A stretch of DNA of 64,000 nt. Source: an uncultured Erysipelotrichaceae bacterium. GTDB lineage: Bacteria; Bacillota_I; Bacilli_A; Erysipelotrichales; Erysipelotrichaceae. The position numbers and the translations under genes are program-made. Every line of letters begins with the position of its first letter. Positions within the stretch are counted from its first letter, which is position 1. Below, piece after piece: positions 48,943-58,405 of the stretch. A model generated the notes under the pieces. It saw nothing but the letters and a program-made list of their open reading frames with translations, was not told the origin of the DNA and searched no databases. The stretch spans positions 35,669-99,668 of the forward strand of contig CACYNH010000002.1 of the NCBI GenBank assembly GCA_902775735.1. Reading direction: 5' to 3'.

Positions 48943-50670
48943 ATGAGCATGAATTATATCGGTGCAAAGCGCAAACGTACCAATACCCCGGCCGCAAACA
49001 GAAAGCGCGCCGTTGAATACAGGCACCGTCCCTATAAAGTAAAGAAACCGGTGATTGAGGAAATCCAGGAACCGGTTCTTTCCGCTTTTGCAGAGCTTCC
49101 CGCTCAGGAAGAAAGCGAAGCGGTTATTGAAGAAGTCAAGGAAGTCATCACGGAAGAACCCGCCGAAGAACTTCCCGCGGAAACAAAGGCAGACATCATT
49201 CCTGATGCGCCTGCTGTTTCTCCCGTCACAAATGAAGTGAACAAAGCGGCAGCGGCGGCAGCCACAGCAGCTGCAGCGGCAGGATCATTCTTCAAAAAGA
49301 CATTCTCTTCCGTCAAAGGACTCTTCGCAAAGAAAGAGACAAAGGCTCCTGCAGAGCCTGAAGTGATTCCGGCAGTTAATGAAGAACCCGCCGAGCCGGA
49401 AGTTTCCGAAGCGCAGGCGGAAGAATCAATCGCGGCCATCGGCACCGATGACATTCTTGAAATCAACCGTCCTTCCGAAACGGAAGTTGATCTTCAGGAG
49501 ACGGAAGAAGAATCCGCTGAAGTCGTTCTGGAAGAAACCGGCTCAGATGAGCATGTGGAACTGGAAAGCGAAGAACAGCCGGAAGATCTGCCTGAAGTGG
49601 ATACGGCCGAAGTCAGAGACGAAGCCGGCGAGGCAATTGAGCTTGCTGAAACAGATCTGCAGGAAGAAACACCCGCTGAAGTGACTGAAGAAGTCACAGA
49701 GGAAACAGCGGAAACTGAAACGGCTGAAGAAGAAACTTCGGCTGAAGAAAGCGTCAGCGAAGCGCCTGTCTTTGAGCCTGCCGAAGAAGAAATTCAGGAA
49801 AGTGAGCCAGCTGAAGAAACACAGATCTTTGAACCGGTGAAGCCGGAAGAGGAAACGGAAGTTATCGAACCGGTCACTCCTGAAGAGACAGAGGCGGAAC
49901 CTGCTGAGACAGCAGAAGAAACACAGGTCATCGATATTCCGCAGGAACCGGTCAATGAACCTGAAGTTCCGATGACTAAGAAAGAAAAGAGGGCAGAAAA
50001 GAAAGCGATCCGCAAGGAAACAAAGATTCAGCTGATCGATGAAAAGATCGACGCCCCCAAGGCAGGATTGTTAACGATGCTGCTGATGCCGGGCAGGGCA
50101 ATGACGAGAGTCTCCTCTGTGGAAAAGACAACCCTGAGCATCCCGAGCGTCTTCATCCTCAATCTGATCAAGTGGATTTCCGTCGGCGCCTTCTTCGCGG
50201 TGTTCTTCGAAAGATTCATCAATCAGTTCAACTACAGCTTCATCCGCATGAACTTTACCGGCACGGCATCACTCGCGTTCCGTTTCGGCGTCTTCGGACT
50301 GATCGCTGAATATCTCTGCTATATGATCATCGGCATTTTCTGCGGACTGATCCGCAGGAAGATCTCGACACTCAAGCTGATGGAAGTGGAAAGCAGATCC
50401 GCTCTTGCGGTGGCGCTGCTGTTTGCGGCAGGCTGCGCGCTTGTATACTTCGGCTATTCTGCCTTTGGATGCGCGGCCGCGGCGGCAGGCATGGCTGTCG
50501 GCTTTATCACAAAGGGATATGGTCTTGACCGTGTTCTGACCATCGGCAAAAACACCCAGCTGGTCCTGGTGATGGTGCTGACGGCGGCGGTCACAGTTGC
50601 GGCGTTCAGCTACTTCCCGCTGACGGTATCCGGATTAATCGATATCTTCAAAACAATTCTTCATCTTTAA
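48943..50670 (+). CDS. Hypothetical membrane protein: basic N-terminus, long Glu/Pro-rich disordered region, C-terminal multi-TM domain
   Basis: AAGGAG RBS; 575 aa ORF; about 5 hydrophobic segments at the C-terminus. Confidence 0.8.
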   Translation: MSMNYIGAKRKRTNTPAANRKRAVEYRHRPYKVKKPVIEEIQEPVLSAFAELPAQEESEAVIEEVKEVITEEPAEELPAETKADIIPDAPAVSPVTNEVNKAAAAAATAAAAAGSFFKKTFSSVKGLFAKKETKAPAEPEVIPAVNEEPAEPEVSEAQAEESIAAIGTDDILEINRPSETEVDLQETEEESAEVVLEETGSDEHVELESEEQPEDLPEVDTAEVRDEAGEAIELAETDLQEETPAEVTEEVTEETAETETAEEETSAEESVSEAPVFEPAEEEIQESEPAEETQIFEPVKPEEETEVIEPVTPEETEAEPAETAEETQVIDIPQEPVNEPEVPMTKKEKRAEKKAIRKETKIQLIDEKIDAPKAGLLTMLLMPGRAMTRVSSVEKTTLSIPSVFILNLIKWISVGAFFAVFFERFINQFNYSFIRMNFTGTASLAFRFGVFGLIAEYLCYMIIGIFCGLIRRKISTLKLMEVESRSALAVALLFAAGCALVYFGYSAFGCAAAAAGMAVGFITKGYGLDRVLTIGKNTQLVLVMVLTAAVTVAAFSYFPLTVSGLIDIFKTILHL

Positions 50671-50675
50671 GAAGC

Positions 50676-50706
50676 AGGCGCGCTCCTTCATGGGCGCGCT
50701 TTTTTT
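50676..50706 (+). terminator. Intrinsic terminator
   Basis: AGGCGCGCTC-CTTCAT-GGGCGCGCTT plus T tract. Confidence 0.75.
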
Positions 50707-50718
50707 CATGCATTTGTA

Positions 50719-50747
50719 TTGTATGAAATACAGCATGGACTTATAAT
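50719..50747 (+). promoter_or_regulatory. sigma-A promoter of the FMN riboswitch/ribU
   Basis: TTGTAT, 17 bp, TATAAT. Confidence 0.7.
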
Positions 50748-50754
50748 TAGTTCG

Positions 50755-50867
50755 ATAAAACTCAGGGCAGGGTGCAATTCCCGACCGGCGGTATACCCCG
50801 CGAGCCGAAAGGCCGAACCGGTTTGATTCCGGTGGCGACAGTAAAGTCTGGATGGAAGAGATTTTGT
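50755..50867 (+). ncRNA. FMN riboswitch (RFN element)
   Basis: AGGGCAGGGTGCAATTCCCGACCGGCGGT...CGCGAG...ATTCCGG..CGACAGTAAAGTCTGGATGG matches the RFN consensus; upstream of a riboflavin ECF S component. Confidence 0.95.
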
Positions 50868-50937
50868 ATCTTTATATTTTACCCGGAGGTTTTTATCGCT
50901 GAGCCTCTTTTATTTTTGAGGCAGGGAGGAAACCGTA

Positions 50938-51546
50938 ATGACCGCAACAACAAAACAATCCATTTTCACCACCCGCTCCATGGCAAAGATCGCGATTTTA
51001 GGCGCCGTTGCCGCAATCCTTATGATGATTGAATTCCCGCTGCCGATCGCGCCGAGCTTCTACAAGCTTGACTTCTCGGAAGTCGCTGTTCTTGTCGGCG
51101 GATTCGCTCTTGGCCCGGCGGCGGCAGTCGCCATTGAAGCGCTCAAGATCGTTCTCAACTGTCTGTTCAACGGCTCCAATACCATGTTTGTCGGCGAACT
51201 CAGCAACTTCATCATCGGCTGCGCTATGTGCGTGCCGGCGGCGATGATCTACGCGAAGCACAAGACAAGAGCCAACGCCCTTAAGGGACTGGCTGCAGGC
51301 ACACTGTGCATGACGCTGGTCGGCGTGATCATGAACTACTTCGTGGCAATTCCCGCCTATGTCTCGATTGCCCATTTCCCGCTTGAGGCGATCATCGGCA
51401 TGGGAGCTGCGATCTTCCCGTTCATCACCAACACATTCCAGCTTGTCTTAGCCTGCGTCACACCGTTCAACCTGATCAAGGGCGTTCTGGTCAGCCTGAT
51501 CACGGCGTTGCTTTACAAGCACGTCTCACCGCTGCTGCACCGCTGA
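50938..51546 (+). CDS. ribU: Riboflavin ECF transporter S component
   Basis: PSFYKLDFSEV, VGELSNF, PFNLIKG; FMN riboswitch upstream. Confidence 0.92.
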   Translation: MTATTKQSIFTTRSMAKIAILGAVAAILMMIEFPLPIAPSFYKLDFSEVAVLVGGFALGPAAAVAIEALKIVLNCLFNGSNTMFVGELSNFIIGCAMCVPAAMIYAKHKTRANALKGLAAGTLCMTLVGVIMNYFVAIPAYVSIAHFPLEAIIGMGAAIFPFITNTFQLVLACVTPFNLIKGVLVSLITALLYKHVSPLLHR

Positions 51547-51556
51547 AAAAGTCAAT

Positions 51557-51593
51557 GGCACCTGCGCATTTAAAGCCGCGCAGGTGTTTTCTT
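51557..51593 (+). terminator. Terminator after ribU
   Basis: GGCACCTGCGC...GCGCAGGTGTT followed by TTCTT. Confidence 0.75.
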
Positions 51594-51642
51594 AATGGCC
51601 GCAAATATGGTATTGTATAGGGTGCTAAACGGAGAAAAGACT

Positions 51643-52554
51643 ATGACTGAATATTCTCGTACAGAAAAATACAGGCAGCTCAGAAACAAGCTGCAGCAGG
51701 ACCACTCGGCAGCCGATTCCCTGAGCACGCCGGAGCTGATGGGCTTCTCAGAGCGCCTTGTCGGTATTGACAATAAAAACTTTGAACCGATGGAGGAAGT
51801 GAGCGTCGCCCAGAACGCCGCTCACGCGAAGGTGGAAACTCCTTCCGAGGAAATCTATGAAAAGATGCGTAAGGAACAGGAAAAGCAGCCGGTGTTTGAT
51901 TTCAGCGCCTACAGCCGCAATGAAAATGATTCCAGCCTGAGCGACAACGACTATGTCAATGAATATATCCGCGAAGTCAAGGAATACAACATTGAGCAGG
52001 GCAATGCGGTCAGCCAGAACACCAGCATGAACATCCTGAGCCAGATCAATGAGATCAACAGCCAGGCAGCCGCCACAGAGAGCCGCACCGCTCCCTCCAG
52101 ACCTTATCAGAGGGAGAAGAAAGCGCGTAATGACACGGCGGACATTCCGTTCAGATCACCGTTTACTTCTGATGATGAAAATACCGAAAAGATCATCGTC
52201 GACACGCCCGATACCGCTCCCGTCATTGAAAAGACCAGAACAAGGGAAGATATCATGGCGGAAGTGCAGAGCCTTGTCTCCGGCACGGCAGTGAGTGAAA
52301 AAACGCAGAGCAGCACACGTGATGAACTGTATTCGGCAATCCAGGATGACAGAACCACAAGACAGCAGCTGCTTTCCCAGACCACTCACATCCAGGCCCA
52401 GCTTGACGGTTATGAGGATAACCTCAGCGAGGTCAATGACAAGATGCGCTATACAAACAGAATCCTCAACATGGTTCTCGTCGTGCTGATTGTCGCACTG
52501 GCAGTGATGCTGTGCGTGCTGATTTACTGGGTTGTTCTTTCAAGAGGTGCTTAA
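51643..52554 (+). CDS. Hypothetical tail-anchored protein with C-terminal coiled coil and single TM
   Basis: GGAG RBS before ATG 51643; SRTEKY N-terminus; hydrophobic C-terminus; abuts cmk. Confidence 0.78.
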   Translation: MTEYSRTEKYRQLRNKLQQDHSAADSLSTPELMGFSERLVGIDNKNFEPMEEVSVAQNAAHAKVETPSEEIYEKMRKEQEKQPVFDFSAYSRNENDSSLSDNDYVNEYIREVKEYNIEQGNAVSQNTSMNILSQINEINSQAAATESRTAPSRPYQREKKARNDTADIPFRSPFTSDDENTEKIIVDTPDTAPVIEKTRTREDIMAEVQSLVSGTAVSEKTQSSTRDELYSAIQDDRTTRQQLLSQTTHIQAQLDGYEDNLSEVNDKMRYTNRILNMVLVVLIVALAVMLCVLIYWVVLSRGA

Positions 52555-52555
52555 T

Positions 52556-53236
52556 ATGAAAATCAATATCGCAATCGACGGCCCGAGCGCGGCCGGAAAA
52601 AGCACAATCGCCAAAAGGCTCGCGACGCTTCTTGGCTATGTGCATCTTGACACCGGTGCCATGTACCGCTGCACAGCGCTCAAATGCGTCCGCACCGGCA
52701 TCGCCCTCGATGATGAGGACGCTGTCTGCGAAATGTTAAAGGAAACTGAAATTGTCCTGACTCCGGAAGGAGGCGTATACCTGGATGGCGAGGACGTCTC
52801 GCTGGCGATCCGCGCCGATGAGATCTCCATGGCCGCCTCAAAGGTCAGCGCTTTAAAGAGAGTCAGAAGCGACCTGGTTGCCCGCCAGCAGGAAATGGCG
52901 AAGGCAGGCGGCTTTATCATGGACGGCCGTGACATCGGCACCGTCGTTCTCAAAGACGCCGAGGTCAAAATCTTCATGACCGCTTCCGCAGAAGCCAGAG
53001 CGGAAAGAAGATACAGGCAGAATCTGGAAAAAGGAATTGAAACGTCCGATATCGAAACAATCGCCGAAGAAATCAGACAGCGCGATTATGACGATACCCA
53101 CCGCGCAAACTCACCGCTGCGCAAGGCGGATGACGCGGTGGAAATCGATACGTCTTACATGACGATTGAAGAGGTTGTGGAGAAGATTCACAGCCTGGCG
53201 CTTCCCTTCCTTGAGAAGGAGGAGACAGATGCATAA
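52556..53236 (+). CDS. cmk: Cytidylate kinase
   Basis: IAIDGPSAAGKST, LDTGAMYR, MDGRDIGTVV, SPLRKADDA. Confidence 0.97.
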   Translation: MKINIAIDGPSAAGKSTIAKRLATLLGYVHLDTGAMYRCTALKCVRTGIALDDEDAVCEMLKETEIVLTPEGGVYLDGEDVSLAIRADEISMAASKVSALKRVRSDLVARQQEMAKAGGFIMDGRDIGTVVLKDAEVKIFMTASAEARAERRYRQNLEKGIETSDIETIAEEIRQRDYDDTHRANSPLRKADDAVEIDTSYMTIEEVVEKIHSLALPFLEKEETDA

Positions 53237-54542
53237 GGGAGTCATCGCGATCGTAGGCAGGCCGAATGTCGGCAAGTCTACGATCTTTAACAGAATAGCG
53301 GGTTCAAGGGTTTCCATCGTCGAGGATTTCCCCGGCGTCACCCGCGACCGCATCTATGCCAGGGGCGAATGGGCAGGGGATACCTTCCAGCTGATCGACA
53401 CCGGAGGCATTCAGCTCGCCGACCAGCCTTACCAGGAGGAGATCAGGGCCCAGGTGCAGATCGCCATGGAAGAGGCTGACGTCATCCTGATGGTCTGCAA
53501 CGGCAAGACCGGCATGAGCGATGACGACAAATATATAGCATCCATGCTGCAGAAACAGGACAAGCCGGTGGTTCTTGCAGTGAACATGATCGATGACCAG
53601 GTTCACATGATGAACATCTACGAGTTCTACGCCCTCGGTCTTTCCGATCCGATCGGCTGCTCCGGCGTCCATGGCATCGGCATCGGCGACGTTCTTGACG
53701 CCTGCATGGAACAGATGCCCAAGGAAGAAATCAAAGAAGAACATGAAGGCATTCATATCGCCGTCATCGGCGAACCGAATGTCGGCAAGAGCTCCCTGGT
53801 CAACGCGATTCTCAAAGAAGAGCGCTCCATCGTCTCCAACGTCCAGGGTACAACCAGAGACGCGATCGACACCCCGTTTGAACATGAGGGCAGACCCTAT
53901 GTCATCGTCGATACCGCCGGCATCCGCAAGCGCGGCAAGGTCTATGAATCAGTGGAGAAATACTCCGTGCTCAGAGCCATGACCGCGATCGAAAGATGCG
54001 ACGTGGCGCTGTTCCTGGTTGACGCTGAAGCGGGCATCCGCGAACAGGACAAGCATGTGGCAGGCTACGCGACCGAAGCGGGCAAACCGGTTGTCATCGT
54101 TGTGAACAAATGGGACGCGATCGAAAAGGACGACCACACCATGGCGGCTTTCACCGAAAAGATCCGCGCTGAATTCGCATATCTCAGCTGGGCGCCGGTT
54201 GTCTATGTCAGCGCCAAAACACATCAGAGAGTGGATACCATCCTGCCGGTGGTTGACCGTGTCTGCGAAAACGCGTCCAGAAGAATCCCGACCAACATTC
54301 TCAACGAAGTCATTGCCGACACTCAGATCACCAATCCGGCGCCGGCCAGAAACGGCAAGCGGTTCCGCGTTTATTACGCCACCCAGGTTTCCGCCCAGCC
54401 GCCTTCGTTCGTGCTTTCCTGCAATGATCCAAAGCTGATGCATTTCTCCTACCAGAGATTCCTTGAGAATTCGCTCAGGCAGGCATTCGACTTTGAAGGA
54501 ACGCCGATCCGCATCATCGTCAGAAAGAAGGTATCGGAATGA
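53229..54542 (+). CDS. der: Ribosome biogenesis GTPase Der (EngA)
   Basis: Two G domains: GRPNVGKST/DTGG and GEPNVGKSS/DTAG/NKWD; GTPIR at the C-terminus. Confidence 0.97.
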   Translation: MHKGVIAIVGRPNVGKSTIFNRIAGSRVSIVEDFPGVTRDRIYARGEWAGDTFQLIDTGGIQLADQPYQEEIRAQVQIAMEEADVILMVCNGKTGMSDDDKYIASMLQKQDKPVVLAVNMIDDQVHMMNIYEFYALGLSDPIGCSGVHGIGIGDVLDACMEQMPKEEIKEEHEGIHIAVIGEPNVGKSSLVNAILKEERSIVSNVQGTTRDAIDTPFEHEGRPYVIVDTAGIRKRGKVYESVEKYSVLRAMTAIERCDVALFLVDAEAGIREQDKHVAGYATEAGKPVVIVVNKWDAIEKDDHTMAAFTEKIRAEFAYLSWAPVVYVSAKTHQRVDTILPVVDRVCENASRRIPTNILNEVIADTQITNPAPARNGKRFRVYYATQVSAQPPSFVLSCNDPKLMHFSYQRFLENSLRQAFDFEGTPIRIIVRKKVSE

Positions 54543-55552
54543 AGATCACAGTTCTCGGTACCGGCAGCTGGGGCACAGCGCTGGCCCAGGTTCTGGCCGA
54601 CAACGGCCAGGAAGTTCTGATGTGGGGCATTTCCGAAGATGAGGTGAATGATCTCAATCAGAATCATCACAACTCAAAATACTTCGAAGCCCCGGTCAAT
54701 GAAAACGTGAAGGCGACAATGGATCTTGCCGAAGCAAAAGACAGCGATGTGCTGCTTGCGGCGGTGCCGACCATGGCTTTGGAAAATGTTCTTACTCAGG
54801 TGGCCGGAATTGCAGAAAAACCGGTGATCGTGATCAATGTCGCCAAGGGCTTCCATCCGGTTTCGCACAAGCGTCTTTCCGAAGTGATCCGCGAGATCAT
54901 GCCAAAAGATAAACTGAAGGCGGTTGTTTCCCTGATCGGTCCTTCCCATGCCGAGGAAGTCATTATAAGACTGATGACAGCCATCAACGCTGTTTCCGAT
55001 GACGAGGAAGCCGCAAGAACCGTTCAGGAGTTATTCTCCAACGAATACTTCCGTGTTTACCGCAATGATGATGTCATCGGCGCCGAAGTCGGCGTCGCTC
55101 TCAAAAATGTCATCGCCATCGCTTCCGGCATCCTGGAAGGAATCGGCCAGGGCGATAACGCAAGAGCTGCTCTTATGACCAGAGGCTTAGCCGAAATGAC
55201 GCGTTTCGGCACTGCCATGGGCGGCCGTGAGGAAACGTATCTCGGACTGGATGGCGTCGGCGACCTGATCGTCACCTGCACTTCCCGCCACTCCAGAAAC
55301 TTCATGGCCGGATATCAGATCGGCAGTGACGGCGGAGCGGCAAAGTTCTTCGCCGAAAACAAAAAAACAGTCGAAGGTGTCTTCGCCTGCAAAGTTGTCT
55401 ATGAGGAAGCGAAAAAGCGGGGAATCGAAATGCCGATCACGGAACAGATCTACGCTGTCCTCTACGAAGGCAAAGATCCGAAAGAAGCCGCAAGAAGCCT
55501 GATGGCAAGAAAGCTCAAACCGGAAACTTCCGGCGTCTATGAGAAGCGTTAA
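54539..55552 (+). CDS. gpsA: NAD(P)H-dependent glycerol-3-phosphate dehydrogenase
   Basis: GTGSWGTALA, GPSHAEEV, LKNVIAIASG, GVGDLIVTCTSRHSRN. Confidence 0.97.
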   Translation: MKITVLGTGSWGTALAQVLADNGQEVLMWGISEDEVNDLNQNHHNSKYFEAPVNENVKATMDLAEAKDSDVLLAAVPTMALENVLTQVAGIAEKPVIVINVAKGFHPVSHKRLSEVIREIMPKDKLKAVVSLIGPSHAEEVIIRLMTAINAVSDDEEAARTVQELFSNEYFRVYRNDDVIGAEVGVALKNVIAIASGILEGIGQGDNARAALMTRGLAEMTRFGTAMGGREETYLGLDGVGDLIVTCTSRHSRNFMAGYQIGSDGGAAKFFAENKKTVEGVFACKVVYEEAKKRGIEMPITEQIYAVLYEGKDPKEAARSLMARKLKPETSGVYEKR

Positions 55553-55585
55553 GTCATGCATGATGATGCATGGCTTTTTCTTTTT
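55551..55585 (+). terminator. Terminator after gpsA
   Basis: AAGTCATGCAT-GATG-ATGCATGGCTT plus T tract. Confidence 0.7.
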
Positions 55586-55594
55586 GGCGGCATG

Positions 55595-55625
55595 AAAAAA
55601 GGATGAAGCGTTTCGGCTTCATCCC
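55595..55625 (-). terminator. Terminator after the PBP1A gene
   Basis: Minus strand GGATGAAGC-CGAAAC-GCTTCATCC followed by T6. Confidence 0.8.
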
Positions 55626-55635
55626 ATAGTGTTCT

Positions 55636-58170
55636 TTATCCCTGATCAGGATTCGTCCATGCGCCCGGATCATCAACCGGAGGATCCACAGGCGGCTCAG
55701 GCTCAGGTTCAGTTGTAGGTTCAGGCGGAACCGGAGTGGGTTCAGGCGTCGGATCGGGTGTGGGAACCGGAGTGGGTTCAGGAGTAGGCTCAGGCGTTGG
55801 TTCAGGCGTCGGTTCGTAAGTGGGCTCGGGATCAGGATAGACAGGCTCATCACCGCCATCGTCATCATCCCGGCTGTTTCCATCGTCATCATCATCGCCG
55901 TCGTTATCCTTTTCCTTGTTCTTATCATCCTCCGTCGTTGTTTTGCCGGAGATGCGGCAGGCTTCGCCGCAGGTGGTGCCGAGAATGAGCGGCTGGTTGG
56001 TAAGACCTGCGACCGATACCATGGAGGTGATGGTGGAACCGTAGAGACCGGTGCCGACCTGGACATGCGGATGGGTTCCGTAGACATAGGTTGAATAGGT
56101 GACGTCGGTCGGCTGGGTGACGCCGGCAATCGCTTCCGGCGGGGTCAGCTCGGCTTCCTTGTCGAGAAGGGCCTGGTTGATCTGACCGGGAATGTTCAGC
56201 AGCATCTTCCATTGCTGGAAGTATGTGCCTTTGCCAGCGACCGCGTAGTCATAGCCGCACCAGACGGCGTTTGTATACTGGGAAGTGGAGGCGACCATCC
56301 ATTTGTCTTTCATGGCTGCTTCCGGAATGCCGTACTGCAGACCGTCGCGGCCCCAGTCGGTTGTGCCGGTTTTCGCGTAGACCGGATAAGGTCTCTTGAG
56401 AACCTGCATGAGGTTGTAGATCTGAACATCGACGTTGTTCTTCATTAACAGGTCAACGAGATATGCGGAACCTGAGGAGAGAACACGCACATTCTGGTTT
56501 TCCGGATAATAGGAATCGCCGTTCATGATCTCGACTCTTCTGATCGTGTGCGGTTCATTGTAGACGCCGAGGTTGATCATGGCGCCATGGGCACCGGCGA
56601 GTTCCTTCGGAGTCATCTCAAACTGGTTGGAGCCGATCGCGTAGGAGAGGTGGAAGGTCTCTTTGTCGGCTTTGGTGATGCCAAGCGACCATAAGTAATC
56701 GACGATCTTGTCGCCGCCGATCTTCTCCTGCACTTTCTGCAGGGTGATGATCGCGGGAATGTTCAGTGAATTGGCGACCGCGTCCTTGATGGAAACAGTG
56801 CCGCGGTATCTGCCGTTGGCGTTGACCAGGATTCTGGATTCGCCCGGATAGGAGTATTCCTTGTCTTCCAGAAGCTCATCCATCGAATAGCCCAGATACT
56901 CAAAGCCGAGGGCATAGGAGAGGAACGGCTTGACAGAAGAGCCCGGCTGCTTCCACATCGATGTGGCGCGGTTGAGAAGTCTGGCACCGCCGGTATAATT
57001 GCGGCCGCCGCCAAGGGCTACGATTTCGCCGTTTTTGTTGTTCATTGTGACAATTGCCGCCTGCATCAGCTCGTCGGCAAACTGGATATTTGTTTTTTCG
57101 TTTTCGATATCGTCGATCAATTGCTGGATTTCAGGATTGAGCGCGGTATAGATGTTCATGCCGGTGGTGACCGGATCATAGCCTGTCATTTCCTGCACTT
57201 CATCGATGACGGCGTCGATATAGGCGCCGTAGTCGGTGGACTCGACGTTCAGCTTGTCTTCGCCGACCAGCAGGTCTTCAACCTTGATGGCTTTCGCCAG
57301 GGAGTATTCCTCCTCGTTGATGTAGCCGTGGTTGAGAAGCTGGTAAAGAACGTCGTTGCGGCGGATCGTCGCCTCATCCAGGAAGGCGTAGGGGTTGTAG
57401 CCGTTGGGCAGGTTGATGATGCCCGCCAGCATCGCGCACTCGGCGAGGCTCAGTTCGCTGATGTCTTTGCCGTAATAGTATTCCGCCGCTTTCTGGATGC
57501 CGCGGATACGGCCGCCGAAGTTCAGCTTGTTGATATAAAGCTCAAAGATCTGTTCCTTGTTGAGATACTGTTCCAGCTGCATCGCCAGGACAATCTGCTG
57601 CGCTTTGTATTCATAGGTCGCCTCACGCTCGACGCCGGCCGAGGAGCCGTCGCTCGAGTCGATCGAGAAGTAGGTGTTCTTGACCAGCTGCATCGTAAAG
57701 GTGGAGCCGCCCTGGGTGTTATGGCGCAGGACTGTTTCAAGCGCCGCCTTGGTGAAACGTGGGATGTCGAAGCCGTTATGTTCGAAATAACGGGAATCCT
57801 CGATCGCCAGGAAGCAGTCAACCAGAGCTTCCGGACACTGTTGGTAGGTGACGTTTTCTCGGTAGTAGGTGCCGATTTCAGTGATCAGCTTGCCGCTGCC
57901 GTCGTAAATTTTGCTGGACTCCTGGGAAATGAAGTCGTTGATGTTGAGTTCCGGCATGCCGGATAAAAGCTTTTTGGCATATTTCAGACCGAAGACGCCC
58001 ACAGCGCAATAGATCATGACCATCAGGACCATGAACCCGGTCAGGATCCTCATGTAGACCTTATGACGCTGGACTCTGCGGCGCTGCCTGATTCTCTTTT
58101 TAATGGCAGGATCAGGACCGCTTTTGATTTCTTCTGTATTTATCTCTGTATGTTCTTTATTCTCTTCCAT
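55636..58170 (-). CDS. ponA: Class A penicillin-binding protein (PBP1A)
   Basis: Transglycosylase EDSRYFEHNG, GGSTFTMQLVKN; transpeptidase SSVK, SLN, KTGT; ATG at 58170 after GAGG preferred. Confidence 0.92.
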   Translation of the reverse strand: MEENKEHTEINTEEIKSGPDPAIKKRIRQRRRVQRHKVYMRILTGFMVLMVMIYCAVGVFGLKYAKKLLSGMPELNINDFISQESSKIYDGSGKLITEIGTYYRENVTYQQCPEALVDCFLAIEDSRYFEHNGFDIPRFTKAALETVLRHNTQGGSTFTMQLVKNTYFSIDSSDGSSAGVEREATYEYKAQQIVLAMQLEQYLNKEQIFELYINKLNFGGRIRGIQKAAEYYYGKDISELSLAECAMLAGIINLPNGYNPYAFLDEATIRRNDVLYQLLNHGYINEEEYSLAKAIKVEDLLVGEDKLNVESTDYGAYIDAVIDEVQEMTGYDPVTTGMNIYTALNPEIQQLIDDIENEKTNIQFADELMQAAIVTMNNKNGEIVALGGGRNYTGGARLLNRATSMWKQPGSSVKPFLSYALGFEYLGYSMDELLEDKEYSYPGESRILVNANGRYRGTVSIKDAVANSLNIPAIITLQKVQEKIGGDKIVDYLWSLGITKADKETFHLSYAIGSNQFEMTPKELAGAHGAMINLGVYNEPHTIRRVEIMNGDSYYPENQNVRVLSSGSAYLVDLLMKNNVDVQIYNLMQVLKRPYPVYAKTGTTDWGRDGLQYGIPEAAMKDKWMVASTSQYTNAVWCGYDYAVAGKGTYFQQWKMLLNIPGQINQALLDKEAELTPPEAIAGVTQPTDVTYSTYVYGTHPHVQVGTGLYGSTITSMVSVAGLTNQPLILGTTCGEACRISGKTTTEDDKNKEKDNDGDDDDDGNSRDDDDGGDEPVYPDPEPTYEPTPEPTPEPTPEPTPVPTPDPTPEPTPVPPEPTTEPEPEPPVDPPVDDPGAWTNPDQG
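55664..55835 (-). repeat. Thr-Pro-Glu-Pro 12-nt coding repeats in the PBP1A tail
   Basis: PEPTYEPTPEPTPEPTPEPTPVPTPDPTPEPTPVPPEP. Confidence 0.85.
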
Positions 58171-58405
58171 ACAAACCTCAGTCTTGTTTTTGGGCATATA
58201 AAAACCCATGAGTATTCTAACATACTTTTCGTTTCCCCACTGCCTGAATGGGGACATGGTTTCTTAACTTTCGATGAAGAATTTTCTGTGAGCGCTTTCT
58301 TTTCAGCCTAAGCGGGGAAGGCGGAAAAACAAAATCTTAAAAGTTGCACAGAATTTTCACACGTGCAACATATAAACGAAACTGATTCTGGTATATAATA
58401 GGACC

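Noticed and set aside
55664-55835. Periodic DNA (also 3741-4170 and 24771-24812) as CRISPR or VNTR
   Set aside because: In-frame repeats with synonymous variation and no unique spacers or cas genes.
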